NCBI RefSeq assembly: GCF_018350175.1
Contig: NC_058368.1
Location: forward strand, 68,636,001-68,700,000
Length of the DNA stretch: 64,000 nucleotides
Reading direction: 5' to 3'
Origin: Felis catus
Taxonomy: Eukaryota
Each line of letters opens with the position of its first letter. The first letter of the stretch is position 1. The translations under genes were made by a program, and so were the position numbers. The notes beneath the pieces are model-generated. The model had not been told where the DNA came from, made no database searches, and saw only the letters and a program-made list of their open reading frames with translations. Of the stretch, positions 22,681 to 35,760 are shown one piece after another.

Positions 22681-25600
22681 CTGTGGATACCACGGTGGGT
22701 TTTGTTTTGAGGGTGTCATACAGCACGGTCTGGTTGGCCCTCAGAATTCTCTAATCACAACCACCACATCGCACAGCTTTCAGGGGAGCTGGATCTACAA
22801 GGGCTCTGGAATGACTGTGGAAACCAGACCCAAAATGTCCCCAGGAGACCCCATCAGGCCCATAGTGACACCGTAGGATAGAATGGTGCCAGTGCCATTG
22901 GGAGGAGGAAGTATGTGTGTGTGCACGTGTGTGTGTGCAAGCCCTTCCTGAGAGCACATCAAGAGAGACTGCCTGCCATTCTGGCATTTTCTGAAGTGGC
23001 TTTTTCCTGAGTTGTTGGTACACTCTGTGACATGAGTCACACTGTCTCTTTATTAAAAATCCATCTTCTCCAGCTGAGGCAAAGCAAATATTTACCCATA
23101 TCTCACCCTGGTCCTACCCATGGCGAATGTCCGTACCTTCTCCGTGGAGCTGTCCACTTGGCATGGCTAAGGAAGATATTCTGTTTGTCCTCAATCCTTC
23201 TGATGACTGGAAATCTGAAAGGTGCTTTCTCCATCTCTCTGCCCCTGCCTGGAGTGAGCCCTGCCCACCACCACCTGATAGTTCATCCTGGAACCCTGTT
23301 TTCACCATGCTATAGCTCTCCTGCCTAAATCTGCATCCTTCATCTTTTCCTTTAAGATCCACTGAGCGTTGTCACTCCTTCATTCGCCACTTCTTTCCCT
23401 TACATCCCGTGATTTCCCACAGTACTCAACACCCAGGATGGATTACACCTGAACAATGCTAGGTGCCTTGTCTGCTAGTGTGGTTCTACCATCCTCCTCC
23501 CCTCTCACTCAAAGCCCCCTCCTTATACTGACATCAATCAAAAATATGATGGTCTTCTAAACCCCGCCTTAAACCTCATTGCCTCCCCCGACCATCCTGT
23601 GTGCATTAATCAACACCAGCTTTGACTTCTGGAAGCACTTGCTAACTGAACATAGTGCCTACTTGAGTCATTTTATTATGTTCCACCTTACAATTATTTC
23701 ATGGGAGTGTGTCTTGTTTTCTGGTGAGATTATCAGTCTCCTGAGGGCACGATTGGCATTTTCCCACTTTCTCTGTCTTTCCTTTTCCTAGCGTTTAGAC
23801 TTTGGGGTATGGATCTAGATGGACCTGCATTTAAATGTCAGCTCCAGCACTTTCTACCTGTGTGAAACCTCTGTGGTATTTTCTCGTGTTTCAACGAAGT
23901 CAGTAAAATAGCACATGGGAAGAAACTAGTATATGTATATGCGCCTGGCACATAGTAAGATTCAGCTAATGAAAATCATTATGTAATACTTAACAGCACA
24001 TGAATGGCCATTTCTGTTCAATCCAGAAAGAAATATTTGAGCACCTTCCACAAGCTCATTACTGTGCTTAGATGATGGAGGGATTTCAACAGGTCAAATG
24101 ACCATGCTCTTATATACTGTAGAGGCTCTGAAGGCTTCCGGGAGTCTGTGGACTGACCCAAAGCCCTAGAAGAGACCAAAATAGATCATAAATATTTTTT
24201 TTTTGAATTGATGAGAATTCCCTCATCATGGTGTCATTAAAAAAAAATTCTTTTCAGTGTGTAGTGTATACCCATTAGCATCCACAATGAGAGTGGCCCA
24301 GGGCTTCCTGCTGAGGGCTGTTTTTGACCTTCTCCTGCTGCTGACCTTCTCCTGATTACTAGATGCAGGGCCTGTTACCGCGGTAGAAATGGAGGCTGGC
24401 CCTGAAGAACAGGTAACCAGATGGCACTGGTTTGACGAGTCTTGAGATGAAAGATAGGCATCTTCCCATTCTGCTGTGGGTGGAGACGGGAGGCAGAGTT
24501 GCTCACTGGCAGCCTTCTCCCCTCTCTCCCCGGCAGCTTGCCCCCTTCCACACAGGTGTTCCTCCTCAGAGGGCATCGGGCAATGTCTCTCACTGGGGTC
24601 ACCTTCTAAAGCTCCTGGGAGTCCCCATCTCAGGATGGCCACTGAGGTCGGTAGCGGGGTGAGTGTCTAGTAACCCCTTCTTCTAGGAGCTGATGCTTCA
24701 ATTGAAGGGCATCAACCATCCTGATAAGATTATGCTGCGCTAAAAGTTAAAAATGGAGCTTGGGAAAATTATCTCAAAGCTGAAGCGTAAATGTTTATCT
24801 GGGTTATTTTGCTGGAATAAGAGCTTTTAGAGGAATTTGAGGCTTTCTCCGCTCCCTTTTGTGGGTGGCTCAATAAAATAAGAAACCTTCCACATTAATT
24901 CCTGTCAGAGCCAAATTGCAAGTGGTAGAATTCATTGGTTTTCCCTTTTACAGAACGCAGAGTGCCTTGATTATTGAAATGAAATACCGCATTATGAATG
25001 CCCCAGAGGAACACGAGATTTCCTGTCTGAGAGGCACCCACTGAGCCGGTTGTGGCAGAAGGGAAAGCAGTGTTTCAGAGGAAAGGGAAAGCATCCCATC
25101 ATGGGCCTGACCCTCTGAGCACCCATGGTAGAGGTCCCGATGTTTCTCCATGGCATTTCATGAGGTTCTGTTTCACTTCCCTTGTCCAGGCTGATTACTA
25201 GGTCCATCGATGTCAGTTTGTACCCAGCTGCCCGTTAAGCTGTGTTGCCCTCAGACCTGCCGAGTTCAGGTCGTGTCCCCTAGGGAGCTTGGAGGTAGAG
25301 AGAGAGCTCTGGGCCCACTGAGTCCTGTCAACACCGGGGCCACATGTGAAGAGGAGTACCAAGGAAATTCTGTGTCTGAGAAGAATTTGGCCCTGTGGCA
25401 TTGAGGAGAAAGATGGTTTTCGTTTTAGCTGCTCTCCCCATCCATCCCTGACTTATCCTTGGGGAATTTGGGACCAGTGTTCTTGACCCCCATATAACCC
25501 CTGCTTCTGATAGCTTTCCCTCATCCTCCGCTTTCTCAAGAAGTTTCCTGTGAATGGTTAGTGGAAAAATACAGGACAAGAAAATGGCTCCTTAGTTCAG

Positions 25601-26334
25601 TGCAGGATTAAGCAATAGTAGCAACCTGCATCCACCATACTCTTACTGTGTGTCTGGCAATGTGCTAAGTATTGTTCTCACACTGAGTTGCCCAGAAACC
25701 CTACTAGGGAAGTGCCCTTATTATTGAGAGGTTCTGATGGGAAAGGACGGTCCAGCGATGTTAAGTTAGGTACCCAAGAGTAGAGTCAGACAATGAGAGC
25801 TGGTGAATCCTTGTGTCCTGACTTTGGAGTCTAAGCCGTCAGGTCCCACAATAGATCGCTCTCTGCGTTTAAAGAAAAAGTTTCCCCAAATTCCTATTTT
25901 CATTTGGTCTCTTCATCTCTTCATTTCTCATGGAATTTCTACTCCTTTGTGTTCTCTTTGCCACTCACTGCCCTCCTTCCTCCCGTCAAACCAAAGAGCA
26001 GCTGATAGGAAGTTAGTTTATTCTTAAATGAAACTGTGCCTTGGCGTCCAAGGTGCTGGAAGTCTATGAATACTTACAGCTTTCAATGCTATGCTGGCAG
26101 TCATGTGGACTTATTTCTGGTAAGCACGTGAAAGCTTGCTGGTGGGCAGTACATTCAGCAGGTGTGGGTGTTAAGGAGTGGGGGATTGCCGGAACTATGA
26201 AGCTCCGATGACCACACCTAACCTAGCGATCCACCTTCGCCTCATGATCCGTGGGACATGTGGATCCTGTTGGAAGTTGCTCTGGAGCACGCAGCATCAT
26301 CGATGAAGTCTTTTCACCAAAACTGTTTGAACAG

Positions 26335-26885
26335 GGTTTGATCTAACTTCCGGCTTACAGGAAACAGAGGGTTTAGGAACCAAGGGAAGTGACTCAAGGA
26401 GCAAGTTAATTAGACAAATCCAAAAGGTGGCCATTCCCCAGGCCCCCTGCTAACCTCTTCTGCTACCTGCTTCAATAACATGAAATAACAGTGCAGAGGT
26501 AGGGAATGTGGAGGAGGCCTGCAAGATTCAAAGAGAATAAAGAAATGTAACAACCAAATGCAGTTTGTGAACGTTGATTGGACCCTGCTTTGAATACATG
26601 AGCCATAAAACACATTTGGGGGACAATGTGGGAAAGTTGAATATGGAACAAGGACTATATGATCGGTAGGTGCTATTGTTAATTTTGGTAGATGCAGAAG
26701 TGGGTGATGATTACATAGAACAATGTCCTTAGTTTTTAGAGGTGCTACTGAAGTCTTCAGGAGTAAAGTGTCATGACACTTACTTTATATACTATATCAA
26801 AAAATATTAGAGTAAATGTGGCAAAGCGTTAATAACTGTTTATTCTTGGTAATGGGTATATGGTGTTCATTATGCTATACACTGT
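26335..26885 (+). mobile_element. Old L1ME-type 3' UTR
   Basis: taacttccggcttacaggaaa; aacaaccaaatgcag...ttgattggaccctg; tgttaattttg; ggtatatggtgttcattat. Confidence 0.75.
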
Positions 26886-27107
26886 GGTGATTGATAAATC
26901 TAATGGAATGGAAAATTACCACCTTCATTTAGTGGTGCCAAAGCAATGTAGTGATTTATAAGACCTAATTGTCACACGTACAATGGCTATTAGGCATATT
27001 GTGAATATGTCAGATTCATTTTGGTGAGTCTTTTTGATTTTCAAACCACTGTGCTCAAGTGCACTTTGACAGCCATTGTACGTTCAGTGGAAAGAACTTT
27101 CTTATTC

Positions 27108-27258
27108 TTTTTTTTTTTTTTATGTTTTTTTAAATCTAATTTATTGTCAAGTTAGCTAACATACAGTGTGGCTTCAGGAGTAGATTCCCATGATTCATCT
27201 CTTACATACAACACCCAGTGCTCATCCCAACAAGTGCCCTCCTCAGTGCCCATCACCT
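27108..27258 (-). mobile_element. 5'-truncated carnivore/felid L1 3' end
   Basis: poly-T then atacagtgt...gtagattcccatgattcatctcttacatacaacacccagtgctcatcccaacaagtgccctcctc. Confidence 0.88.
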
Positions 27259-28527
27259 TCTCGTGTGGTGCATTCCAGCTTAAGAAGCACACAGAGGGAA
27301 CCTTGTCTGAGGCTCTGAGGACGCCCAGAGCCAGAGGGCACATGCTCTTCTACAGGGCAGCTGTGTGAGCGGGAGGCTGCCCAGCGCATTAGCTGGTCAG
27401 CCGTTGGTCTCCTTCTGCCCCTCCCGAATCCCCTCCTCTGGCCCCTCACCTCTCCTGTTTTCAGTCATGCTACATTCATCTGCTTCCTTACTTTGAGGCT
27501 GGACCCATTCTCCCACTCCTCTTAGGGTTACGTGCAGTATATTCGTTGGCACTGTCCCTGCAGAAGTTTTCCAGGTCAGCACCACTGCCTGATGTCTTCC
27601 ACCATTTCACCTGTGCCTCCTCCAAGCTTTTTCTTGTTGAACCTTTATGACCTCTCCCACTGTTACTCTGTTTATGGATTCTATTATGGCAACTTTGTTT
27701 TTCTCAGTACCATCTGCCCCGTTGTAGAGGGCTGGTGATGGATAGTCACACACACACACACACACACACACACCCCTTCAGAGAATGTCAACTTTGAAAT
27801 TGTTCATGTGCTAAGTGACACTTAGGAAAATACTCAGCAAAAGGTGAATTTTTCATCAAAACCGGACTATATGCTCAACATTTGGATCATGTTGCTGAGT
27901 TTCATTTTTGTTTGATGCCAGAGTATTTCCCCCCCCAGTGATAAGAGTGGCTGGAACTCACCTTGGCCTATTGCTGAATTCTCTAGTTGCTTCCCTTATG
28001 TTGCATCCTGGTTTGTTTTGGGTAATTTAGGTTTTGAGCATTCTTCTCTTGTTAGTCTATAATGCCTTTTCTAAATTGAAATTCTTCCTTCAGGGAGCCA
28101 AGAGCTCTGATGCTTCTAAATTTACATCTGGGTAACAGATTTGCTACAGAGTTGGAATACTGGGGAACAAATTCAGTGTTTCAGAAATTTTACAAAGAGT
28201 TACATTCCTCAAGGTCTCATCCAGTGAGTTTCGTCATCAGGGACAGATGGTCTACTTTAAGGATGATCAGGAAGTTTCAGAAACATGACATAATGTTTAT
28301 CTGTCTTAAATTTTTTTCTTTTCGGTTTGGCTTCTGAGAATCACTCTGTGTGCCCATCCCATTCTCTGTCTTGCTTTGGCAGATTCTGGTAAAAATAATG
28401 TCCAGAAAGGCTTTGGCATTGTCTTTTATAAAGAAAATATATTTGCTTCTGACAATATATTGGCTATACTTTTCCATCTTTAGATCATAAAAACTCCATA
28501 TTTTCTCTTATGAAAAATAATATGCTT

Positions 28528-28750
28528 AGGGCGCCTGGGTGGCCCAGATGGTTAAGCACCCAGCTCTTGATATCGGCTCAGGTCATGATGTCACAGTTTG
28601 TAAAATCAAGCCCCACGTCGGGCTCTGTGCTGACAGCGTGGACCCGGCTTAGGATTCTCTCTCTCCCTTTCTCTCTCTCTGCCCCTCCCCCACTTGCTCT
28701 CTTTCTCTCTCTCTCTCAAAATAAACATTAAGAAAATTTAAAGAAAAAAA
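28528..28750 (+). mobile_element. Can-SINE
   Basis: Perfect 16-bp TSD gaaaaataatatgctt at 28512-28527 and 28751-28766. Confidence 0.97.
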
Positions 28751-31700
28751 GAAAAATAATATGCTTTATTTAGGAACAAACAGTTAAACCATGAGCTCTC
28801 TGGAAAGACTATTATAGGAAAGGAACCCAAAGATAATCATTTTGACCCTACGTTGTGAGAAAAATCGTTCTTCATACCTGTCCTACATCTGATATTTAGA
28901 CACAGCTCTAGCAACAGAGTCTCATGAGCTTGCTCCTAGGATGGCATTCAATAGGATGGGTCTGATGACATATGTATGTTCAGTGATTAAAAAAAAAATC
29001 TGAAATGCAAATCTATTTTAAACCATCTCCATAAGAGTAGGAAAATGCCCCAAATCCAATGTGTCAGCTCCTTTGCGAAAATAGTATTTATTTAGAGGCA
29101 GTAATGCGTGTTAGAATTCTTTCAGTTGTTGTGTATGCTGAATATTCTTTATTTAAAAGTAGCACACGTATTTTTTTCTCCTGTCTTGAAATGTAAATAT
29201 ATTATGCCTACAATTTGGTTGAAGCATCTGTGCCCACTATAGTCTACACACACTGTCACTCCTCCCTTACATTCTATAGATGGTTTACTATAGTTCGGAG
29301 TCCTCAAGCTTGGGGGGTGGGGAGTGTGAACTCCTAGGATGACTCACATTCTCTATGTCATGAATCCCTCCCATGCAGAAAAATGGAGTTATTAGCTCTA
29401 CCTGGCCGGAGGCTGTTTGTTTACTCTGGAGGCAGATGGAGAGCAGGCTTCTGCAGAGCCCAGAGAGCTGTGACCCAGGAACGATGGAGCGCTCCCTCCG
29501 ACAGAGGCAGCCAAAGCCTGGTCACCATTTTTCCTTGGGTTTTGCATCTCCATGTATTTGATGCCCTAAAATAAGGCGCAGCCAATACTGGTCACCTAAA
29601 GAACTAAGCCGAAGAGAAGGTTGACTTGCAAAACGAAAAAGAAAAAATTAAGGAACAACTTTACGTAGAGAGGGTAAACAGGAAGCAAAGAAAAGGAGGG
29701 GGAAGCCCCAGGGATGGTAGCTTTCTCATGTAACGAGAATTAATGCATGTGGTTACTGTACTATTCATTTAAATGGTATACAAAACAATAGAGAGCGGCT
29801 GCTTTAGTAAGAAACTTTAGTAAAGATAAGATATTAATAATTCTGCATGTTTTCATTTACTAATCAATAAGACTTGATTTCCTACAAAGAATGGAACTTG
29901 GCTTGTCTTACTGAAACCATATATTCGCCTTTGGCTTCTCAATTGTAAATAGAATCATGAAGTCCTGAATGCAGGGGTCTTGTCTGTGGCCTTTTAGAAA
30001 CAATTCCCACCCCAGCTGTGTATTTGAAAGTGTTTGGAATTGCTATGAAAACTCAATCATTGTTAGGTCTCAGTTCCTCAAAACCTGGAGTTGAACAAGC
30101 CAGACACGCCTCCCTACACACGGCCCATGAATTTGAAATAGTCATGGGCCAGCCCAGCATGGGTCATACATGCCCACATCTGCATTGCTGTGTATCCTCA
30201 GCTTTCCTGTGATCATCTCCTCCCAGCCCAACCTCCACACGTCAGCTTCCTGTCCCCCATCTTGGAGCAACAACTTGAAGGGACACTTGCCAGGGAATTG
30301 AAACATGTTTACTTACCCTAAGGGTGAAATCTGGGATATATCTAGTGGCCCAAGGAATAGGACTAACATGCAGCTTTGGAACATTTAGTTTTGTTTCTGT
30401 GTCACAAAATTTTCTAGTTTGCCTTAAGAAAAATCAGAGCTGTTTTTTGGGAAAAAAATGAGAAGGTGGTAAATTTTGGTTTTGGTTCTGGTTTCCCAAG
30501 AATTACCAACTACCTCCTCTTACTCTTCCCTTCTCACATACTACCTGGTCCAGATTTATGATATCAAGTAACCCCAAAATACCATGGTAGTCAGTGATGG
30601 CTTAAAAAATTAATTATTGCACCTCCCAGGTACATTTTTATTGGTTTTTCTGAAAACTCGAAAAAAAGTTAGTTCTCAAAAGAGTAATTGTCTAGTTATA
30701 AAATTGTGTCAACGTGGTGAACTTTGAGGGAGATGTTTGAGAAGTTTTCTTTGTCTTTTATCATCTTGTAGAAGCAGCCATTTACATGTGACCACTCCTG
30801 ACACCAGCCCAATTTGTCTCTGATCATACCACATAACCCTTAGCTGATGTGAGCCACGGCACTCCAGGTAACACAAAATAATTTCTGAAGAATCTTCCTG
30901 CTGTCAATACCTCACAAGTTCCTCAATAGCCCTGTGCCATTGAATGCTATCCAGGAAAGAGGTGTAAGATTCAAAACTGCACATGACTTTCAGCAAGTTG
31001 GGGAAAAGGAGCAGGTATAGTAGGCATTTTAGCTTCTGGTTTACTGGCCTCCAGTGCTATCTAACTAAGCAGATGAAGTGAATCACATTTATATTCAAAT
31101 AAAATGTACTTGCCTTTCTTCAACTCTCAGGCACTGTTTTATTGATAGCTAAGGTTTGGGTTTTACCTTAGAGACTTCCTTATAATTTTACAACGCAGCT
31201 ATTTCTTCGGATCCATTATAACTATAATTGATCCTAAGTGACCCCTCTTAACGTTTCTGCTTTGTGCCCTTACTATATGTTTATAAAGTATAGTGGGAAT
31301 GGTTTTGCCCTGACTTATTTTAGGGCAGCTAAATGGTGGTTATGGAGAAAGAGTCTAAATGATTATGAATATGAAGCCATGTAGAATGGGAAAAGGGAGA
31401 GTTTGTTCCACACGAGTCTTAAGCAGCGCGACTTTAGCACCAACAGTGGAAAAGACCAGTGTCTGTCAGGGCTGTACCTCATTGAGGGAGGGGCCCAGAC
31501 AAGGACCTGGCACAGCCTTCTCTTCTGCTTCGAGGACTGTCATCGTGTTACACTAGGGATTGTACATAAAGCCACGATGCTTCTCTCCCTGCGTGTTAAG
31601 TAATACTTCCTGTGACTATCCTTGGTGCTGCCACCACATGATGGGCTAAGGAAGAGGAGGGAATTGGGAGGGGCTTCAATCGGCAACAAATGAGGAGGGC

Positions 31701-31789
31701 AAGGGACAGGGCTGGAGGGAAAGACAATTAGCAGCTGAGGAGCAGAAGGAATCTGGAATAGATCTGCAGAGTTTACATAACGAGTGTGG

Positions 31790-32170
31790 TTCTCATCCGG
31801 GGCATTTCCATATGCTTGGACTTTCTAACCTCACAGGCACCTGGTAGAGGTGCACTCTGCCCACCAACTTGAACTATGTCTGTGCCACTTGCTTTGACAA
31901 TGAAAGAGGAGGCAGATGATATATATTTCGTGCCTAGGTGGAAGCTTCTGGAGATGATGTATGCTTCCCCCATCCTCTTTTTGTTCTAGCAGCATTTGAG
32001 AAAATTGGTATTCCATTGGCCTGGATCCCTGGATGACTACATTGAGCAGAGCCCCCATCAAACTATGATGGTTGTGTGGAATGACTGAGAAATCAACCTT
32101 TTGCTTTAAGCACCTGAGATTTGAGGGATTTTTGTTACTGCGATGTAACCTAGCCTAGCCTGACTGATAC
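31790..32170 (+). mobile_element. Old MLT1 LTR
   Basis: 3' end gagaaatcaacctttt...ttaagcacctgagattt...ttgttactgc...taacctagcctagcctgactgatac. Confidence 0.75.
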
Positions 32171-34884
32171 TGAAGGAGCAGACAGAAGCTGAGAAAATGC
32201 CAAAAGAAAACACAATAAGAAAGAAAGTAAAAGAGTTAAAGATGAAGAAAAGGAGAAAAAAAGATCAAGGAAGACATGGAGAAAAGGAGAGAGCAGAAAA
32301 AAAAAAGAGTATAAGAAAGAAGAGAAAGAGCAGAGGATGGCAAGAAGAAAGTGAAAGGGGAAAGTGACAAAGGAAAAAGAACCAAGATGATTGAGGGCAC
32401 GCCGTCTGGTATATCTGGGGTGATAACTCACCATGTAAAGTGAGGGTATGGGTCTTGAGATAACCATGTATTTCCCTTTACTTTGTAAATGGTTGCTAGC
32501 TAATATCTTCACAGTTTTGCCCCCAATCTGTATATTTAAGACTTGGTATTATTTTTACATGCAAACCAACCAACTAAAACATATGGGCACAAGATGGTCT
32601 TTGAGACTGGACAGTGCAGGTACATTACCAAATAACAGTTTGTTGAAGGAAAGAGCCTGACATATCATCTGATTCCAAGTTCTTCAGACCATGCCCCAAG
32701 GTAAGGCTCCCACGTGGCTGTCTCAGGGGCTAGGTGGACACAACAATTGATCTACCTTGGTTTCCCCCAGGGCAGTTACACTTTGATGTGATGTGTATAG
32801 CAGGCTTCCACATAAGATTTTATTTGAATAAAGCGTTCCTCATTTTCAAAGAAAAAAATCGTTCTAACAGCAGATCCAGTCCATCATGGACAAAATACTA
32901 AAACACTTCTCTAATATTCCTTCCAAGCATCACGTATGAAATGCACTCTTCATTCAGAATGAAGTGACATTTGCAACTTAAAAATATGACTTATTAAGGG
33001 AAGGTTGCTGTCGGCCAGGGATCTCACTTGATCGAGGGGCCTTGAGAATGGTCAGTGGGGAATGAAAAATCTGTGTGGCGGTCCTGTCAGGGGGAGGACC
33101 CTCTATGTTGCAGGGATGACTGGCACAGGAAGGTTTCCTAGAGGTCTAATTTTACAGAAAGCCTTTTCCCTGTTCAAAACCTAAAGCTATGTTCTGGCAT
33201 TTTCATTAGAATGCATGGCTAATCTCCCCTCCTACCCAAAGCCAGGGGTAGCAATCCCTAGGATGGGTCTGTTCCCAGGGGACCATGACGCATCACCCAA
33301 CAACAGTAGGGGTTATTGACTTCTGAGGATGAGGTGGGTAAGACTAAAATGAAGCCTTACAGGCTACTTCTGGTTTGGGTATATTTTTTCCTCAGGAAAA
33401 GCCACACTGGCCATCTCTTCATGGGAAAGGCAACCCATGGGTCTGCAGCTGGACTGGGGAGGCTCCAGCTGTAGTTTGGACCACAACAGACCCCTGTTTT
33501 GGATAATTTAGGAGAAACAAGGTAAAAGCAGCAGCACCCAGGGGGAGTGTTGCACACCAGGTTTTATTGGAAAGGGAACATCATGGCAGTTACCCAAACA
33601 GGAGCAGAGACAAGACCAGCATCTGGAAATTTGAAAGGTTAAATGAACTACTTTGATTGGCTGTCCCATTCCTTCGGTTGCTTGTGAAGCCGCCAAGTAG
33701 CACAAGGCATGAGAAATTCCTAACAGTGCTTCTAGCGCTCAATGCACTGTCCATTCACTTTATGTTATCCCAGACTTAGATACTTGTGAGAATGTTTTTC
33801 ATCTGTGGATTGGTAACATTTCTAAATTCAGAGTGTATGGAGGTAGTTTGAGCTCTGTTTATATAATACATGTTCATGTTGGCATTTGTCCCTAACTCTG
33901 TTTCTATAATCATGCCTCCCCACCCGGTGCTGTAACTTCAGCCGAGTGTAAAGCAATAGCCCACCCGTGGCTAGGAATGGTCCCACATGGACAATCTAGA
34001 ATGATTTTTTCCTACTAACTAAATAAAGAAATGCTCATATTTACCTGATTTTTCAGCTTGCAAATGAAATAGTCCATTCCTCACATTGGTTATAGTTTAG
34101 GAGATATTTGGCACTATAATATTGTAATGGAGCCAATGAAAACCAGAGCTTTCTCTGCCCTTAATACCTGGAGAGGAAAGAAATAGCATTAAAACCAGCA
34201 TCCGTTCAGGTAAGAAGGAAAGATTGGGGAGAGGAAAGAAGATAGGAAAGGAAAGAAGGTAGAGATTACTTTGTCTCATGTCCAGAGCATGTTTTCCTTG
34301 AGGAAAAAGAAGAAATTCATGGTTTGAGGAAAGAGAGGTGCCTGAGAGGGAGTGAGGGGAGTAAGCATGCTCCAGGACTAAGGGGCAAAAACCAAAAACA
34401 CTTAGCTTCATGGAGCAGGTGGGGAGAGGCACAAGAAATGCCAAGGACCCCCTGGCTCCCGGCAATGCTGGAGGCTACTAGAAGAGAGGAAGAAATAACA
34501 CCAGAGTCAGCCCTGAATGGTCAGGGCTCCATTCAGCCTAACCTGCCAGTGTGCGAGCTTGACCATGGGAAAAACTGGAGTTGCATGGTTGAGGATAAAT
34601 GGCTGAGAAACAGGGAAGCTGAACGAGTGGTTCCAGGGAAAAGCATCACAGCACAGGCTCAATCCTAGAAAACACACTCATTTACTGACAATGTTCACTT
34701 GAGGCTTCTGTGAAGACTTTTTTTTTTTTTAAGTGGGAGCCTTGTTATATCATTAGACCATGTTCTGGGTAGAAGGGTAGCTCTCTGTTTCTTAGCTGAG
34801 GCAGTTCCTGCCTGTGGAGCCTGGGGAGAAAAATCTGTATTGGTGTCCTTTCAATTCAGTAAGGCCAAAGAACCATTAACATAA

Positions 34885-35160
34885 TCGACAGACACATGTC
34901 ATTATACAGTTGTCAAAACGTACAGTATGTACAAGAGTGAACCCAAGGTAAACTCGGACTTTGGGTGATTGTGATGTGTCCATGTAGGTTCATAAGTTGG
35001 GACATACGTCCCATACTGGTGGGGGACATTGATAATGGGGGAGGTTATGGGTGTGTGGGGGCAGAGGGTATATGGGAAATCTCTGTGCCACTAGCTCAAT
35101 TTTGCTGTAGACCTAAAATAGCTCTAAAAGTAAAGTCTATTTTCAAAAGAAAAAAAAAAT
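34885..35160 (+). mobile_element. L1MC-type 3' end
   Basis: catgtcattatac...agagtgaaccc...tatatgggaaatctctgt...aattttgctgt...ctctaaaa + A tail. Confidence 0.85.
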
Positions 35161-35433
35161 CCATGGCTGTACAGGTGAAGAAGCAAAGAGACAGTATCAT
35201 ATAAGATATGGATCAGTGCTACTTAATTATTTACTATCTTCCATGGAAAATTTCAAGATTTTTATGCCAAGGTATATATTTTCAGAGTTAGTGAACCTCT
35301 TGCATAGGATGTAATGGGATCCAAAGAGATGTTTGGGGTAACAATGTCTGCTCTTAAAAGTAGAAGTGGGGTAAATAGGTCCATTCTTAGTATAAAGCCA
35401 TATGCACTCATACGTACTAGCACACATACACTT

Positions 35434-35475
<42 letters not shown>

Positions 35476-35509
35476 TCCCACCATTCAAAATGTATTTAAA
35501 ATGCCTAAA

Positions 35510-35720
35510 AGGGCACCTGGGTGGCTCATTCGGTTAAGCGGCCAACTTCAACTCAGGTCATGATCTCACGGTACGTGAGTTTGAGCCCCACGTTGGGCTC
35601 TGTGTTGACAGCTCATAGCCTGGAGGCTGCTTCAGATTCTGTGTTTCCCTCTTTCTCTGCACCTCCCCCACTCACGCTGTCTGTGTCTCTCCAAAAAAAT
35701 GAATAAACGTTTAAAATTTT

Positions 35721-35757
<37 letters not shown>
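35510..35757 (+). mobile_element. Can-SINE with (TAAA)n tail
   Basis: TSD taaaatgcctaaa at 35497-35509 and 35758-35770. Confidence 0.96.
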
Positions 35758-35760
<3 letters not shown>

